Shown: positions 1-9,039 of the stretch, in pieces
How positions within the stretch are numbered: the stretch's first letter is position 1
Layout: each line of letters opens with the position of its first letter
Assembly (NCBI GenBank): GCA_045807245.1
Contig: JBJMHS010000007.1
Location: forward strand, 1-64,000
DNA length: 64,000 nucleotides
Direction of reading: 5' to 3'
From: Actinomycetales bacterium
Lineage (GTDB): Bacteria > Actinomycetota > Actinomycetes > Actinomycetales > CAVURS01
Position numbers and translations under genes: made by a program
The notes under the pieces: model-generated
Databases searched by the model: none
What the model was told of the DNA's origin: nothing
Seen by the model: the letters and a program-made list of their open reading frames with translations, nothing else

Positions 1-603
1 CGCCTCGCTTCATGGACCCTGGCCGTGTGGCGACGCATCACCCTCGACCCTTACCCGGCTCCGATCCGCATCCCCCTCACCGAGGTCCAAGAAATCACCT
101 CGGCGGTCAGGCTCACCCCGCAAGCGGCCGGAGCCGTGCAACGCCGGCTGACCCTCGAGGCCTGGCTGCGGCAGCACCTGATCAACAAGATCCCCGGCTC
201 AGGCGCCGAACCCTCGCCGCCGGCCGAGCCTCGGCAGCGGAGCGCACCCGCCGTCGAAGCCCTCGAAGCCGGGACCATAACCGTCCGACTCAGCGCGCTC
301 CTCGGGTATACCGCGTACTCCGGTACGGCGGGCCTGGGCCGGGTCCATGAAGTCACCGCACTGCACACCCGCCCGAGCGCACCCATCGTCGGCCGGATGC
401 CCGTCAACGGTTACGTCATCGGGCCCCGCAACGCCGGCAGCACCCTGGGCTACGACCGCCACCCGGAACACGGCCCGCGCCTCCTGCGCGCCGGCATCCT
501 GGCCCTGCATCGACACGACGTCACGATCGCCGCGGCCGACGTCACCGAGCTCGACCCGGTGCACCGGCGAATCACCGTGGGTAGGCCTCCAGCCGAGAGG
601 TGA
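1..603 (+). CDS. PRC-barrel-like protein, 5' truncated by window; appears to be two PRC-type modules fused in one frame
   Basis: Frame open from base 1. First module ends LEAWLRQHLINKIPGS; second begins VRLSALLG...LGRVHEV...LGYDR...GPRLLR, resembling the tandem small PRC-barrel genes of actinobacterial stress islands. Confidence 0.55.
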   Translation, partial: RLASWTLAVWRRITLDPYPAPIRIPLTEVQEITSAVRLTPQAAGAVQRRLTLEAWLRQHLINKIPGSGAEPSPPAEPRQRSAPAVEALEAGTITVRLSALLGYTAYSGTAGLGRVHEVTALHTRPSAPIVGRMPVNGYVIGPRNAGSTLGYDRHPEHGPRLLRAGILALHRHDVTIAAADVTELDPVHRRITVGRPPAER

Positions 604-1324
604 CGACAGCCGACTGAAGGACCATGTCCGGGGGCAGGGTCACCGCGACGCGAACCAGCCGGGCCACGTTCGCCGGGTTCATCATCCGCTCGGAGGGGAT
701 GTGCCACTGGTCCATCATCGGCGTGTCCATGGCGCTCGGGTTGATCGCGGCGACACGAACCGGCCAACTCCGTTCCCGCGCTTCGCTTTGCAGCACCTCG
801 GTCAGCTTCAGTGCCGCCGCCTTGGAGGCGTTGTACGCCGCGGCACCCGATCCCACGGTGAGTGCGGAGATGGACACGATGTTCACGATGTCGCTCACCT
901 CGGCCCCGTCGTCGCGGCCCAGCAGTCCGCGGACAAAGGCCCGGCTGGTGTACATCGGCCCGTGTGCGTTCACTGCGAAGACGCCGTGCCACTGCCCGTC
1001 CTCGACATCCGGGACATCGGCGCCCCGGTCGGTACCGGCGTTGTTGACCAGACAGTCCAGCCGACCGCCGTACTCCTCGAAGCTGTCGCTGAAAAACCGG
1101 TCCACCGCAACGGAGTCGGTCACATCCAGCCGGCTCGCGCGCGCACTGCCACCGCTCGACTCGATGAGCTTGACCGTCGACTGAGCGGCCTCCGCATCGA
1201 GGTCGGTCGCGAGCACGTGTGCCCCGGCGGCGGCGAAGTCACAGCTGATCGCCCGGCCCAGCCCGCTGCCGGCTCCGGTCACGACGGTCACGCGCCCACT
1301 CAGGGATGCTTCGTTGTCTGCCAT
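572..1324 (-). CDS. SDR family oxidoreductase
   Basis: VTGAGSGLG, NNAG and YNASK motifs; ATG 1324 lies 10 nt below a GGGTA -10 box. Confidence 0.92.
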   Translation of the reverse strand: MADNEASLSGRVTVVTGAGSGLGRAISCDFAAAGAHVLATDLDAEAAQSTVKLIESSGGSARASRLDVTDSVAVDRFFSDSFEEYGGRLDCLVNNAGTDRGADVPDVEDGQWHGVFAVNAHGPMYTSRAFVRGLLGRDDGAEVSDIVNIVSISALTVGSGAAAYNASKAAALKLTEVLQSEARERSWPVRVAAINPSAMDTPMMDQWHIPSERMMNPANVARLVRVAVTLPPDMVLQSAVVTSRLEAYPR

Positions 1325-1334
1325 GGCCGGTTGA

Positions 1335-1358
1335 TACCCGCCACGGAGCCGGCCATGC
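1335..1358 (-). promoter_or_regulatory. SigB/SigF-type promoter of SDR (leaderless)
   Basis: GCAT-N15-GGGTA-N10-ATG. Confidence 0.7.
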
Positions 1359-1363
1359 CACGC

Positions 1364-1387
1364 GTTTGGCCCGTCCGCGACGGGGTA
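1364..1387 (+). promoter_or_regulatory. SigB/SigF-type promoter of ankyrin gene (leaderless)
   Basis: GTTT-N15-GGGTA-N10-GTG. Confidence 0.78.
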
Positions 1388-1397
1388 CTCGGACCTC

Positions 1398-1772
1398 GTG
1401 TCCCCCCTGGACCTGAGCTCGCATGACCTGGCCCTGCGTTGCCGACTGCTGGAGGCCGCCCGCAACGGCCAGACCGAGGTTGTGGTGCATGCGGTGAACT
1501 CGGGGTTCCCGGTCGACCTGAGCACTGAGACCGGTGACACGCTGCTGATCCTGGCGGCGTACCACGACCGGCCCGAGACCGTCGCGGCCTTGCTGGACCT
1601 CGGTGCCGACGCGACTCGCGTGAACGACCAAGGCCAGACCGCTTTGACGGCCGCGGTGTTCCGTCACTCGTCGGCTGCGGTCGGTGCGCTCACCCTCCAT
1701 GGCGCCGGACCGGTCCCACCGGACTACCCGTGGCCGCAGGCCCAGGCTCAGGGTCAGGCCACCCGGTCGTAG
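1398..1772 (+). CDS. Ankyrin repeat protein
   Basis: GDTLLILAAYH...LLDLGAD and GQTALTAAV ankyrin repeats. Confidence 0.88.
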   Translation: MSPLDLSSHDLALRCRLLEAARNGQTEVVVHAVNSGFPVDLSTETGDTLLILAAYHDRPETVAALLDLGADATRVNDQGQTALTAAVFRHSSAAVGALTLHGAGPVPPDYPWPQAQAQGQATRS

Positions 1773-2779
1773 GCACCCAGGAGTGAGCGGGTCACCACCT
1801 CCGGCGCGTAGCGGGCCCAGACGCGGTCCAGTCCGGCCATGCCCCAGGCCACCTGCCGGAACCGGTCGTGCACGGTCTGGTCGAGCGCTGCGGCGAGCCG
1901 GGCGGGGTCGACCACCCGTCCGGTCACCCCGTCGATCTGGATGTCGCTGAGCGCGGCGCTGCGCACCCCGACCACGGGCTTCGCGCAGTGCATCGCCACC
2001 AGGGCCGCGAGCGCTGAGGTGGGATCCGAGCGGGTGGCCACGACCGCACAGGAGTCACGCACGAGCCGAACCATCTCGGCCACCGACGCCCGGCCGACCA
2101 GATCGAGCCGGTCGGCGACACGATGGCGGTCGGCCAGGGCCGACAGGAGTCGCCGGTCCGTCCGGTCCTCGGTCGATGGACCGGCTAGGACCAGCCGAAG
2201 TTGGGGACGGGCCTTGAGCGCCCGGATGAGCTGCGCCCGGGTACGCGGGTCGGCCGGAGCCCCCGAGAGGCCGAGCACGTACCCGTCGTCGGGCACACCA
2301 TCGCGCACGGCTGCCACGGAGCCGGCTCCGGGCTCCTCCGTGCTCGCCTCCTCGGCGGCCAGCAGAGCGGCGTCGCTGCACGACATCAGCCGCGAGGGAG
2401 GAGCCCCCAGGCTCCGGGCGAAGGTGGCGTCGGCGGTGGTGGGCACGAGCACCAGGTCGGCCGCTCGCAACACCACGGGCCATAGTGTCTGGCCGGTAGG
2501 GCTCATGGGGCCTCCGGCGAGCTGAGCGCGCACGACGACCGCCCAGCCGGCGGTCCGCCCGGCTGAGAGCGCCACTGCCGCCGACACCAGGTCGTAGGCA
2601 TGGACCACGTCGGCCGGTGGGGCTCCACTCTCGGTGAACTGCCGCACCAGGGCCGGGAAGTCACTGCCCGAGGCGGCGCCGCCGCTCCCGGGACGGATGG
2701 TGTGGAGCGTCACATCGCACGGGCCGGCCGCCACGAGCGCGCGCTGGGTGGCCGTCACGAGCGACGTGGGGGCCGACAC
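1754..2779 (-). CDS. Divergent GT4 (GT-B fold) glycosyltransferase-like protein
   Basis: PADVVHAY, LVLAGP and AMHCAKPVVG...IDGVTG motifs; the EX7E motif is absent; GTG 2779 start inferred. Confidence 0.75.
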   Translation of the reverse strand: MSAPTSLVTATQRALVAAGPCDVTLHTIRPGSGGAASGSDFPALVRQFTESGAPPADVVHAYDLVSAAVALSAGRTAGWAVVVRAQLAGGPMSPTGQTLWPVVLRAADLVLVPTTADATFARSLGAPPSRLMSCSDAALLAAEEASTEEPGAGSVAAVRDGVPDDGYVLGLSGAPADPRTRAQLIRALKARPQLRLVLAGPSTEDRTDRRLLSALADRHRVADRLDLVGRASVAEMVRLVRDSCAVVATRSDPTSALAALVAMHCAKPVVGVRSAALSDIQIDGVTGRVVDPARLAAALDQTVHDRFRQVAWGMAGLDRVWARYAPEVVTRSLLGAYDRVA

Positions 2780-3100
2780 GCAGCCGTGGTGCCGGCACAG
2801 AGCGGGGTCAGCCCGCAGGAGGAGGGCGCGCACGGTTACTCCACCAAGAGACGACTGGAGACATCGAACCGACGCCGCACTGCTCGAGCGTCCAAACACC
2901 TGCCTGCACACAGGTATACGCAAGCATCGCTGGGTCGGCAACATTTGTGCCTCCCGCCCCTCCTATCGCAGGACAGGGGTCCACGCAGGCGCGAACCGCG
3001 TCACCTTTGCGTCGAGTTGTGGGGGCCACTGTCAGGTGGTCCACTCGAAGCGGTGGTGCAGAACTCACCATCGCGAGCGGCAATTGCACGGAGTGGCGTG

Positions 3101-3823
3101 ATGAGCGACGAGGAACAGGCCCGGACCATCGAGCAGATGGTCCAGGACCACCTGCCCCTGGCCCGCTCGCTGGCATCGAGATACCGCAACCGTGGTGAGG
3201 CGCAGGAGGACCTGACCCAGGTCGCCTACCTGGGCCTGGTCATGGCCGCCCGGCGCTACCGGGACGACCAAGGACCGAGCTTCGCGGCGTACGCCGTACC
3301 GACCATCACCGGCGAGCTGAGACGGCATTTCCGCGACAAGGGCTGGGGCGTGCGCCCGCCCCGGCGTCTGCAGGAGATCCAGGCGGGCGTGCGCGAGGCG
3401 GAGGAGACCCTGCTGCAGACGCTCTCGCGCGAGCCGACCTCCGTCGAGGTCTGCGAGTACCTCGGTGTGGAGCAGAACGAGCTGCTCGAGGCGCGGGTGG
3501 CGGCCGGCGGCTACACGGCCTCCTCGCTGGATGCGCCGATCGGAGCCGACGGCGCCGGTGAGTGGGCCGACCACATCGCTGCCGACTGCTCCGGTGAGGA
3601 GTCGCTCGACCAGCTGGTCGACTCGCTGAGCCTGCAGCCGCTGCTGCGCGAGCTGTCGCCCCGCGAGCAGCTGATCATCGCCCTGCGCTACTACCGCGGC
3701 TGCACGCAGCAGCAGATCGCCGACCAGATCGGCGTCACGCAGATGCAGGTCTCGCGGCTCCTGGCCCAGTCACTGAGGCGGCTGCGGTCGGCGATCCTGG
3801 CGACCGACCAGATCGGTGCCTGA
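3101..3823 (+). CDS. SigB/SigF/SigG family RNA polymerase sigma factor
   Basis: EDLTQVAYLGL, FAAYAVPTITGELRRHFRDKGWGVRPPRRLQE and TQQQIADQIGVTQMQVSRLL. Confidence 0.95.
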   Translation: MSDEEQARTIEQMVQDHLPLARSLASRYRNRGEAQEDLTQVAYLGLVMAARRYRDDQGPSFAAYAVPTITGELRRHFRDKGWGVRPPRRLQEIQAGVREAEETLLQTLSREPTSVEVCEYLGVEQNELLEARVAAGGYTASSLDAPIGADGAGEWADHIAADCSGEESLDQLVDSLSLQPLLRELSPREQLIIALRYYRGCTQQQIADQIGVTQMQVSRLLAQSLRRLRSAILATDQIGA

Positions 3824-3827
3824 GCGC

Positions 3828-3851
3828 GTTTCGAAGCGGTACGACCGGGTA
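3828..3851 (+). promoter_or_regulatory. SigB/SigF-type promoter of UDP-GlcA decarboxylase (leaderless)
   Basis: GTTT-N15-GGGTA-N10-ATG(3862). Confidence 0.8.
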
Positions 3852-3861
3852 CATGCCTGGC

Positions 3862-4815
3862 ATGGCCAGACGTGTCGTGGTGACTGGAGGAGCAGGCTTC
3901 ATCGGTTCACACCTGTGCGAGTCGCTGCTCGCGCGGGGTGACGAGGTCCTGTGCCTGGACAACTTCCTGACCGGGTCACCGGACAACGTCGCGCACCTGT
4001 CGGGGGCCCACCGGTTCACGCTTCTGCGCTGTGACCTCGTCGACTACGTGCACGTGCCCGGGCCGGTCGACCTGGTGCTGCACTTCGCCTCTCCCGCATC
4101 GCCGATCGACTACCTGCGGCTGCCGCTGGAGACGCTCAAGGTCGGCGCCGTCGGCACCTGGCACGCTCTCGGGCTGGCCAAGGACAAGCAGGCGCGGTTC
4201 GTGCTGGCGTCCACATCCGAGGTCTACGGCGACCCCCAGGTCCACCCGCAGCCCGAGACGTACTGGGGACACGTCAACCCGATCGGACCGCGCGGCGTCT
4301 ACGACGAGGGCAAGCGGTACGCCGAGGCGATGACGGTCGCGTACCGGACGAGCGCCGGCGTGGACACCGCGATCGTCCGCCTCTTCAACACTTATGGGCC
4401 CCGGATGAGGGTCGACGACGGCCGGGCGATCCCGACCTTCGTTCGCCAGGCCATGGCCGGCGAACCGGTGACCGTGGCCGGCGACGGCAGCCAGACCCGC
4501 TCGGTCTGCTACGTCGACGACACGGTCAAGGGCATCCTGGCCATGGCCGACAGCACCGAGCCGGGCCCGATCAACATCGGCAACCCGGACGAGCGGTCGG
4601 TGCTCGAGATCGCGGACGCTGTCATCGCGGCGGTGGGTTCGACCTCGGCCGTCCAGCTGGTGGAGCGACCAGTCGACGACCCGCGGGTACGCCGGCCGGA
4701 CATCACGCGGGCCCGCACTCTGCTCGGATGGGAGCCCGCCGTCGACTGGTCGGAGGGTCTACGCCGGACTGTCGCCTGGTACGGCGCGCGCGACCAGCAC
4801 GCGGTCCCCGCCTGA
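3862..4815 (+). CDS. UDP-glucuronic acid decarboxylase (UXS) family NAD-dependent epimerase/dehydratase
   Basis: TGGAGFIGSHL, ASPASP, STSEVYGDP, YWGHVNPIGPRGVYDEGKR, FNTYGPRM and DDPRVRRPDI. Confidence 0.93.
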   Translation: MARRVVVTGGAGFIGSHLCESLLARGDEVLCLDNFLTGSPDNVAHLSGAHRFTLLRCDLVDYVHVPGPVDLVLHFASPASPIDYLRLPLETLKVGAVGTWHALGLAKDKQARFVLASTSEVYGDPQVHPQPETYWGHVNPIGPRGVYDEGKRYAEAMTVAYRTSAGVDTAIVRLFNTYGPRMRVDDGRAIPTFVRQAMAGEPVTVAGDGSQTRSVCYVDDTVKGILAMADSTEPGPINIGNPDERSVLEIADAVIAAVGSTSAVQLVERPVDDPRVRRPDITRARTLLGWEPAVDWSEGLRRTVAWYGARDQHAVPA

Positions 4816-5760
4816 GGAGCGGTCCAGCGCGGCTCGGGCGCTGGCCGTCACCTGCTCGACCGTGATGCGCAGCAGGCTCGGGTCGACGCTGTCGCCGTGG
4901 GGGTCGCCGCTCCCGTCACCGTGCCAGAGGACCGTATGCAGGTCGGGATCGATGGCCGGCCCCCACGTGGCCGGCGAGACCGGCCCGAACAGGACGACGG
5001 AGGGCGTGCCGAGCGCGGTCGCCAGATGGGCGACGCCGGTGTCCCCGCAGAGCACCAGCCGAGCCGACTGGATCAGCCCCGCCAGCGCCGGGAGGCCGAG
5101 CTGTCCCGCTGTGCTGGCGGACGCGGGCAGATCGGCCGCAGCCGCGAGCTGCTGGCACAGGTCGCGTTCGGAGGGACCGCCGGACAGGAGCACCGAGGTC
5201 CCGTCCCGGCTCAGCGCCCGGATCACCGCCGCCCAGCGCTCGACCGGCCACCGTCGGGAGCCGCTCGCTGCCCCGGGGTGCACGACCACGGCCCCCTGGG
5301 CCGTCCGGGCCGGCGGGACGGCGGGCACGCGAAGCCGGAGGTCGTCGCGACAGCCGACGGCGCCCCACGCCCGGACCAGACGGCACCATCGGTCGACCTC
5401 GTGCTCGTCCACGCGCCAGGGGACCCCGGTCCCGCCCGGTAGCGCGAACCCCAGCAGCCGGTGGGGGTGCCCGGCGGCGAGCAGGTCGCGGCTGGCCGGG
5501 CCGTTGCCGTGCAGGTCGACGGCATCGTGCGCACCGAGCTGCCGGCCCGGCGGGGGGTCCGCCAACCCGGTCGTGTCGACGAACCCGTCCACGACATTGA
5601 GATCGGTCAGCCACGACCCGAGTACGGCGGGGGCCGCCAGGATCACCGGGCGCGGACGAACCGCACGCCGCAGCGCCCGCAGAGCCGGTACGCCGGTGAG
5701 CGCGTCGCCGAGACCGAGTGCGCGCAGCGCGAGGACGGGACGCCCGGGCCGGTCGGTCAC
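4759..5760 (-). CDS. Glycosyltransferase family 9 (heptosyltransferase-like)
   Basis: LRALGLGDAL, HEVDRW, HPGAASGSRRWP and GDTGVAHLATALGTPSVVLFGP; GTGA overlap with the upstream gene. Confidence 0.92.
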   Translation of the reverse strand: MTDRPGRPVLALRALGLGDALTGVPALRALRRAVRPRPVILAAPAVLGSWLTDLNVVDGFVDTTGLADPPPGRQLGAHDAVDLHGNGPASRDLLAAGHPHRLLGFALPGGTGVPWRVDEHEVDRWCRLVRAWGAVGCRDDLRLRVPAVPPARTAQGAVVVHPGAASGSRRWPVERWAAVIRALSRDGTSVLLSGGPSERDLCQQLAAAADLPASASTAGQLGLPALAGLIQSARLVLCGDTGVAHLATALGTPSVVLFGPVSPATWGPAIDPDLHTVLWHGDGSGDPHGDSVDPSLLRITVEQVTASARAALDRSSGGDRVLVARAVPGDSPA

Positions 5761-7157
5761 GGCAGGTCGGCGACGCCGGACTGCCGGGCGACCCTGTCCA
5801 GCACGGACGTCGTCGAGAGGCCGGCTTCGAACGGGACGATCTCCACTCGCCCGCCCATCCGCTCGACCAGGCCCGCCTCGACCAGGTCCACCGGCCGGTA
5901 GTCGCCGCCCTTGACCCAGACATCCGGCCGCAGCGTGGCCAACGCACGGCGCGGGTCGTCCTCGTCGAACACGACGACGGCGTCGACCATCCGCAACGCC
6001 TCCAGCACCCGAGACCGGTTCGCCGCCGAGTTCACCGGGCGGCCGCGGCCCTTGCGGCGCCATACGCTCGCATCGGAGTTGAGCAGGACGACCAAGGCGT
6101 CACCCATGGCGGCCGCGGACTCGAGCAGGGCCAGGTGACCTGCGTGCAGTACATCGAAGCAGCCCCCGGTGGCGACGACTGAGCCACCATGTGCCCGCAC
6201 CCGCTCGACCCGGTCCATCGCCGTCAACAGGCTGGCTGAGCTCGCCCGGCCGTCATGCCCGGCTCGGACATGCGAGCCGCGGCCGAGCCAGGCCGAGACC
6301 TCGGATGCCGCCGACTCCAGCGCAGCCTGCAGGTCGAGGCCCTCACCCAGGGCACCGGCGAGGCGGCCGGCGAACACGTCGCCTGCACCGCACGGATCGA
6401 CCGGCCCGCTGACCGGAGGCGCGGCGGTGGCGAGCGTCCCGTGCCCTCGGGCCGAGGTGCGCACCCCGCGGTCGCCGTCGGTGACACTGACCGCCTCGGC
6501 GCCCCACCGCAGCCTGAGCTCGCGAGCCAGGACGGTGAGGGGCTGACCTGGAAGCCCCGAGAACTGTTGCGCCTCCAGCCGGTTGGGCGTGACGACCGTG
6601 CAGCCAGGCACCGGTTCCGAACCGCGCGGGTGTGGGTCCCAGATGACGGGGCGCCGGGCGACCTGGCGCGCCAGCGCCGAGCGCACAACGGCATCGGCGG
6701 TCACCCCACCGCCGTAGTCCGAGACGAGGACGGCGTCACTGGTGCCAAGCAGGGCATCCAGGCTGGTGGCGTCAGCGGCGGAGAGCTCCGAGCGCTGCGC
6801 CGAGCCCAGCAGGTGGCCCCGGTCATCGAGACGCACGACGACCCGACCGTTGACGACCACCCGCATCTTGCCCACCGTCGCCAGGCTCCCCGGCAGTGAG
6901 ACGATGCGGACGCCTTTGTCCTGCAACCACTTCCGTGCTCGAAGGCCCGCCTCGTCGGCGGCCAGGCTGGTGGCAAGGGTCACCGACCATCCGGGTCGCA
7001 CGGCCAGTGCCGCGGCCAGGCCGGCTCCGCCTGCGCGGTCCTGCACCGACTCGACGTCCACCACGGGGGCCGGGGCGTCGGGACAGGAGCGCCGGCTGTT
7101 CCCGATCACGTCCCGGTCGAGCAACGTGTCGCCGATGACGACCAGATGCCGGCTCAT
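5757..7157 (-). CDS. hldE: Bifunctional heptose-7-P kinase (PfkB) / heptose-1-P nucleotidyltransferase (HldE/RfaE-like)
   Basis: GDTLLDRD, SDYGGG, TPNRLEA and DPCGAGDVF (kinase); TGGCFDVLHAGH, NSDASV, KGGDY and GLSTT (nucleotidyltransferase). Confidence 0.9.
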   Translation of the reverse strand: MSRHLVVIGDTLLDRDVIGNSRRSCPDAPAPVVDVESVQDRAGGAGLAAALAVRPGWSVTLATSLAADEAGLRARKWLQDKGVRIVSLPGSLATVGKMRVVVNGRVVVRLDDRGHLLGSAQRSELSAADATSLDALLGTSDAVLVSDYGGGVTADAVVRSALARQVARRPVIWDPHPRGSEPVPGCTVVTPNRLEAQQFSGLPGQPLTVLARELRLRWGAEAVSVTDGDRGVRTSARGHGTLATAAPPVSGPVDPCGAGDVFAGRLAGALGEGLDLQAALESAASEVSAWLGRGSHVRAGHDGRASSASLLTAMDRVERVRAHGGSVVATGGCFDVLHAGHLALLESAAAMGDALVVLLNSDASVWRRKGRGRPVNSAANRSRVLEALRMVDAVVVFDEDDPRRALATLRPDVWVKGGDYRPVDLVEAGLVERMGGRVEIVPFEAGLSTTSVLDRVARQSGVADLP

Positions 7158-7789
7158 CCGCGTACCGCCTCGTCCGCAGCCAGGTCGACCGCGGACAGGC
7201 TGACGAGCTGCTCGGCCGGAGTGGCGGCCAGGCACCGGTCGACCGCGGCACAGAGGGCGTGGATGGCGACCAGGTGCGCCTCCTGCACGGACGAGGTCGA
7301 GTGGGCGGGGATGGCGATCGACCGGTCCGCGACGCGCGCGAGCGGGTTCGGCGCCGGCCCGGTCAGGGCCCACACCTCCAACCCGACCACGTGGGCCCGG
7401 GCCGCGGCGTGCAGGACGTTCGAGCTGCGGCCGCTGGTCGAGAGCAGGAGCAGTACGTCGCCCGGACGTCCGTGCGCCTCGACCTGCCGGGCGAACACCT
7501 CGTCGGCCCCGTAGTCGTTGCCGACGGCGGTCACGGTCGAGGTGTCACCGTGCAGCACCAGCGCGGACAGGGGACGGCGCTCGGCCTCGAACCGCCCGAC
7601 CAGCTCAGCGGTCAGGTGCTGGGCCTCCGCGGCGCTGCCACCGTTCCCAGCGACCAGCAGACGACCGCCGTCCAGACATCTCGCCAGTCGCTGCCCCCAC
7701 CGGTCGATCTCGGCGCTCTGCTCGGCCAGGGCGGCCAACCCGAACGCGAGGTCGTCCAGATGCTCTGACAAGGTCGGATATCTGCTCAT
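7154..7789 (-). CDS. gmhA: Phosphoheptose isomerase (SIS domain)
   Basis: GNGGSAAEAQHLTAELVGRF, TAVGNDYG, STSGRSSN and VQEAHL. Confidence 0.93.
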   Translation of the reverse strand: MSRYPTLSEHLDDLAFGLAALAEQSAEIDRWGQRLARCLDGGRLLVAGNGGSAAEAQHLTAELVGRFEAERRPLSALVLHGDTSTVTAVGNDYGADEVFARQVEAHGRPGDVLLLLSTSGRSSNVLHAAARAHVVGLEVWALTGPAPNPLARVADRSIAIPAHSTSSVQEAHLVAIHALCAAVDRCLAATPAEQLVSLSAVDLAADEAVRG

Positions 7790-9039
7790 CGGTTCCCTTC
7801 CGACGGGACGGCGGCCCCCAACGGCTCACGCAGGTCGACGGTCCGGGGTGCAGTGACGCGCCGGTAGATGTCTTCGGTCTCGGCGGCGACGCGGGCCCAC
7901 GAGAAGCGCGTACGGACATGCGCGGCCGATGCGGAGCCCATCTGCCGCAGCGTCTCCGGCCGCGCGAGCAGGTCGGTCACGGCGGCCGCGATGGCCCGGG
8001 GGTCCCGTGCCGGCACGAGCTCTCCCGTGCGACCGGGCCGGACGGTGTCGAGCATGCCGCCGACCGCGGAGGCGATGACCGGGGTGCCGCACGCCATGGC
8101 CTCCAGCGGCACGATGCCGAACGGCTCGTACCAGGGGACGGACAGCACCAGTGATGCCGCGCGCATCAGTGCGGCGGCGGCATCTGGGTCGACGCGGCCG
8201 ATGAGGCGGACCCGGTCCCGGACGCCCTGGTCCACGGCTCGAGCCACCAGCCGCCGGGCGTCCCGGTCGCCCTCGAGGTCGTGGGCGTCGGGGCCTCCGG
8301 CGATGACCAGCTCGGCCGTCGGCAGGTACCGCAGCGAGTCGATGGTCGACTCGATGCCCTTGCGCTCGACCAGCCGCCCGAGGGAGAGCAGCCGCTGTCG
8401 GCCAGGAGTCCAGGGCGACAACGTCGGTCCGTCCGGCCGGAACCGGTCGAGATCGACACCGCACGGTACGACGTGCAGCCGCTCGGCATCGGCGCCCAGG
8501 GCGAGCAGCTCCCGGACCTCGTCCCGGCAGGTGGCGACGATCGCCGTCATCTCGCGCAACAGGTCGATCTCGATGCCGAGCCGCTCCGGCGGACTGGGGT
8601 CGTTGGCGCCCTGGAAGCGTCGCTTCACGCAGCCGAGGGCGTGGAAGGTCTGCAGCGTCGGCACCTCCTGCCGCAGTGCGCGCACGGCCAGCCTGGTGGC
8701 CAGACCGGACATCCAGAAGTGCGCGTGCACGACATCCGGCGGCCGGAGCGTCCACTCGGCCGCCATCCGCCGAGCCATCTCCGGCATGTAGGGCAGCAGG
8801 AAGTCCTTGGCGACCGCGGTCGCCGGTCCGGCGGCGACGTTGACCACCTCGACGCCGGGGACCAGCTGCTGGCGGTCCTGCAGCTCCGTGGAGTCCCGCC
8901 GCGTGTAGACCGTGACCTCATGACCGCGCTCGGCCAGCCCGCGAGCCAGCGCGGCCACGTGGACGTTCTGCCCGCCCGCGTCCTCCCCGCCGAGCACGGC
9001 CAACGGGCTCGCATGCTCGGACACCATGGCGATCCGCAT
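7786..9039 (-). CDS. GT4 glycosyltransferase (MshA-like subfamily)
   Basis: SEHASPLA, DAGGQNVHV, HAHFWMSG, GRLVERKG and YEPFGIVPLEAMACG. Confidence 0.93.
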   Translation of the reverse strand: MRIAMVSEHASPLAVLGGEDAGGQNVHVAALARGLAERGHEVTVYTRRDSTELQDRQQLVPGVEVVNVAAGPATAVAKDFLLPYMPEMARRMAAEWTLRPPDVVHAHFWMSGLATRLAVRALRQEVPTLQTFHALGCVKRRFQGANDPSPPERLGIEIDLLREMTAIVATCRDEVRELLALGADAERLHVVPCGVDLDRFRPDGPTLSPWTPGRQRLLSLGRLVERKGIESTIDSLRYLPTAELVIAGGPDAHDLEGDRDARRLVARAVDQGVRDRVRLIGRVDPDAAAALMRAASLVLSVPWYEPFGIVPLEAMACGTPVIASAVGGMLDTVRPGRTGELVPARDPRAIAAAVTDLLARPETLRQMGSASAAHVRTRFSWARVAAETEDIYRRVTAPRTVDLREPLGAAVPSEGNR

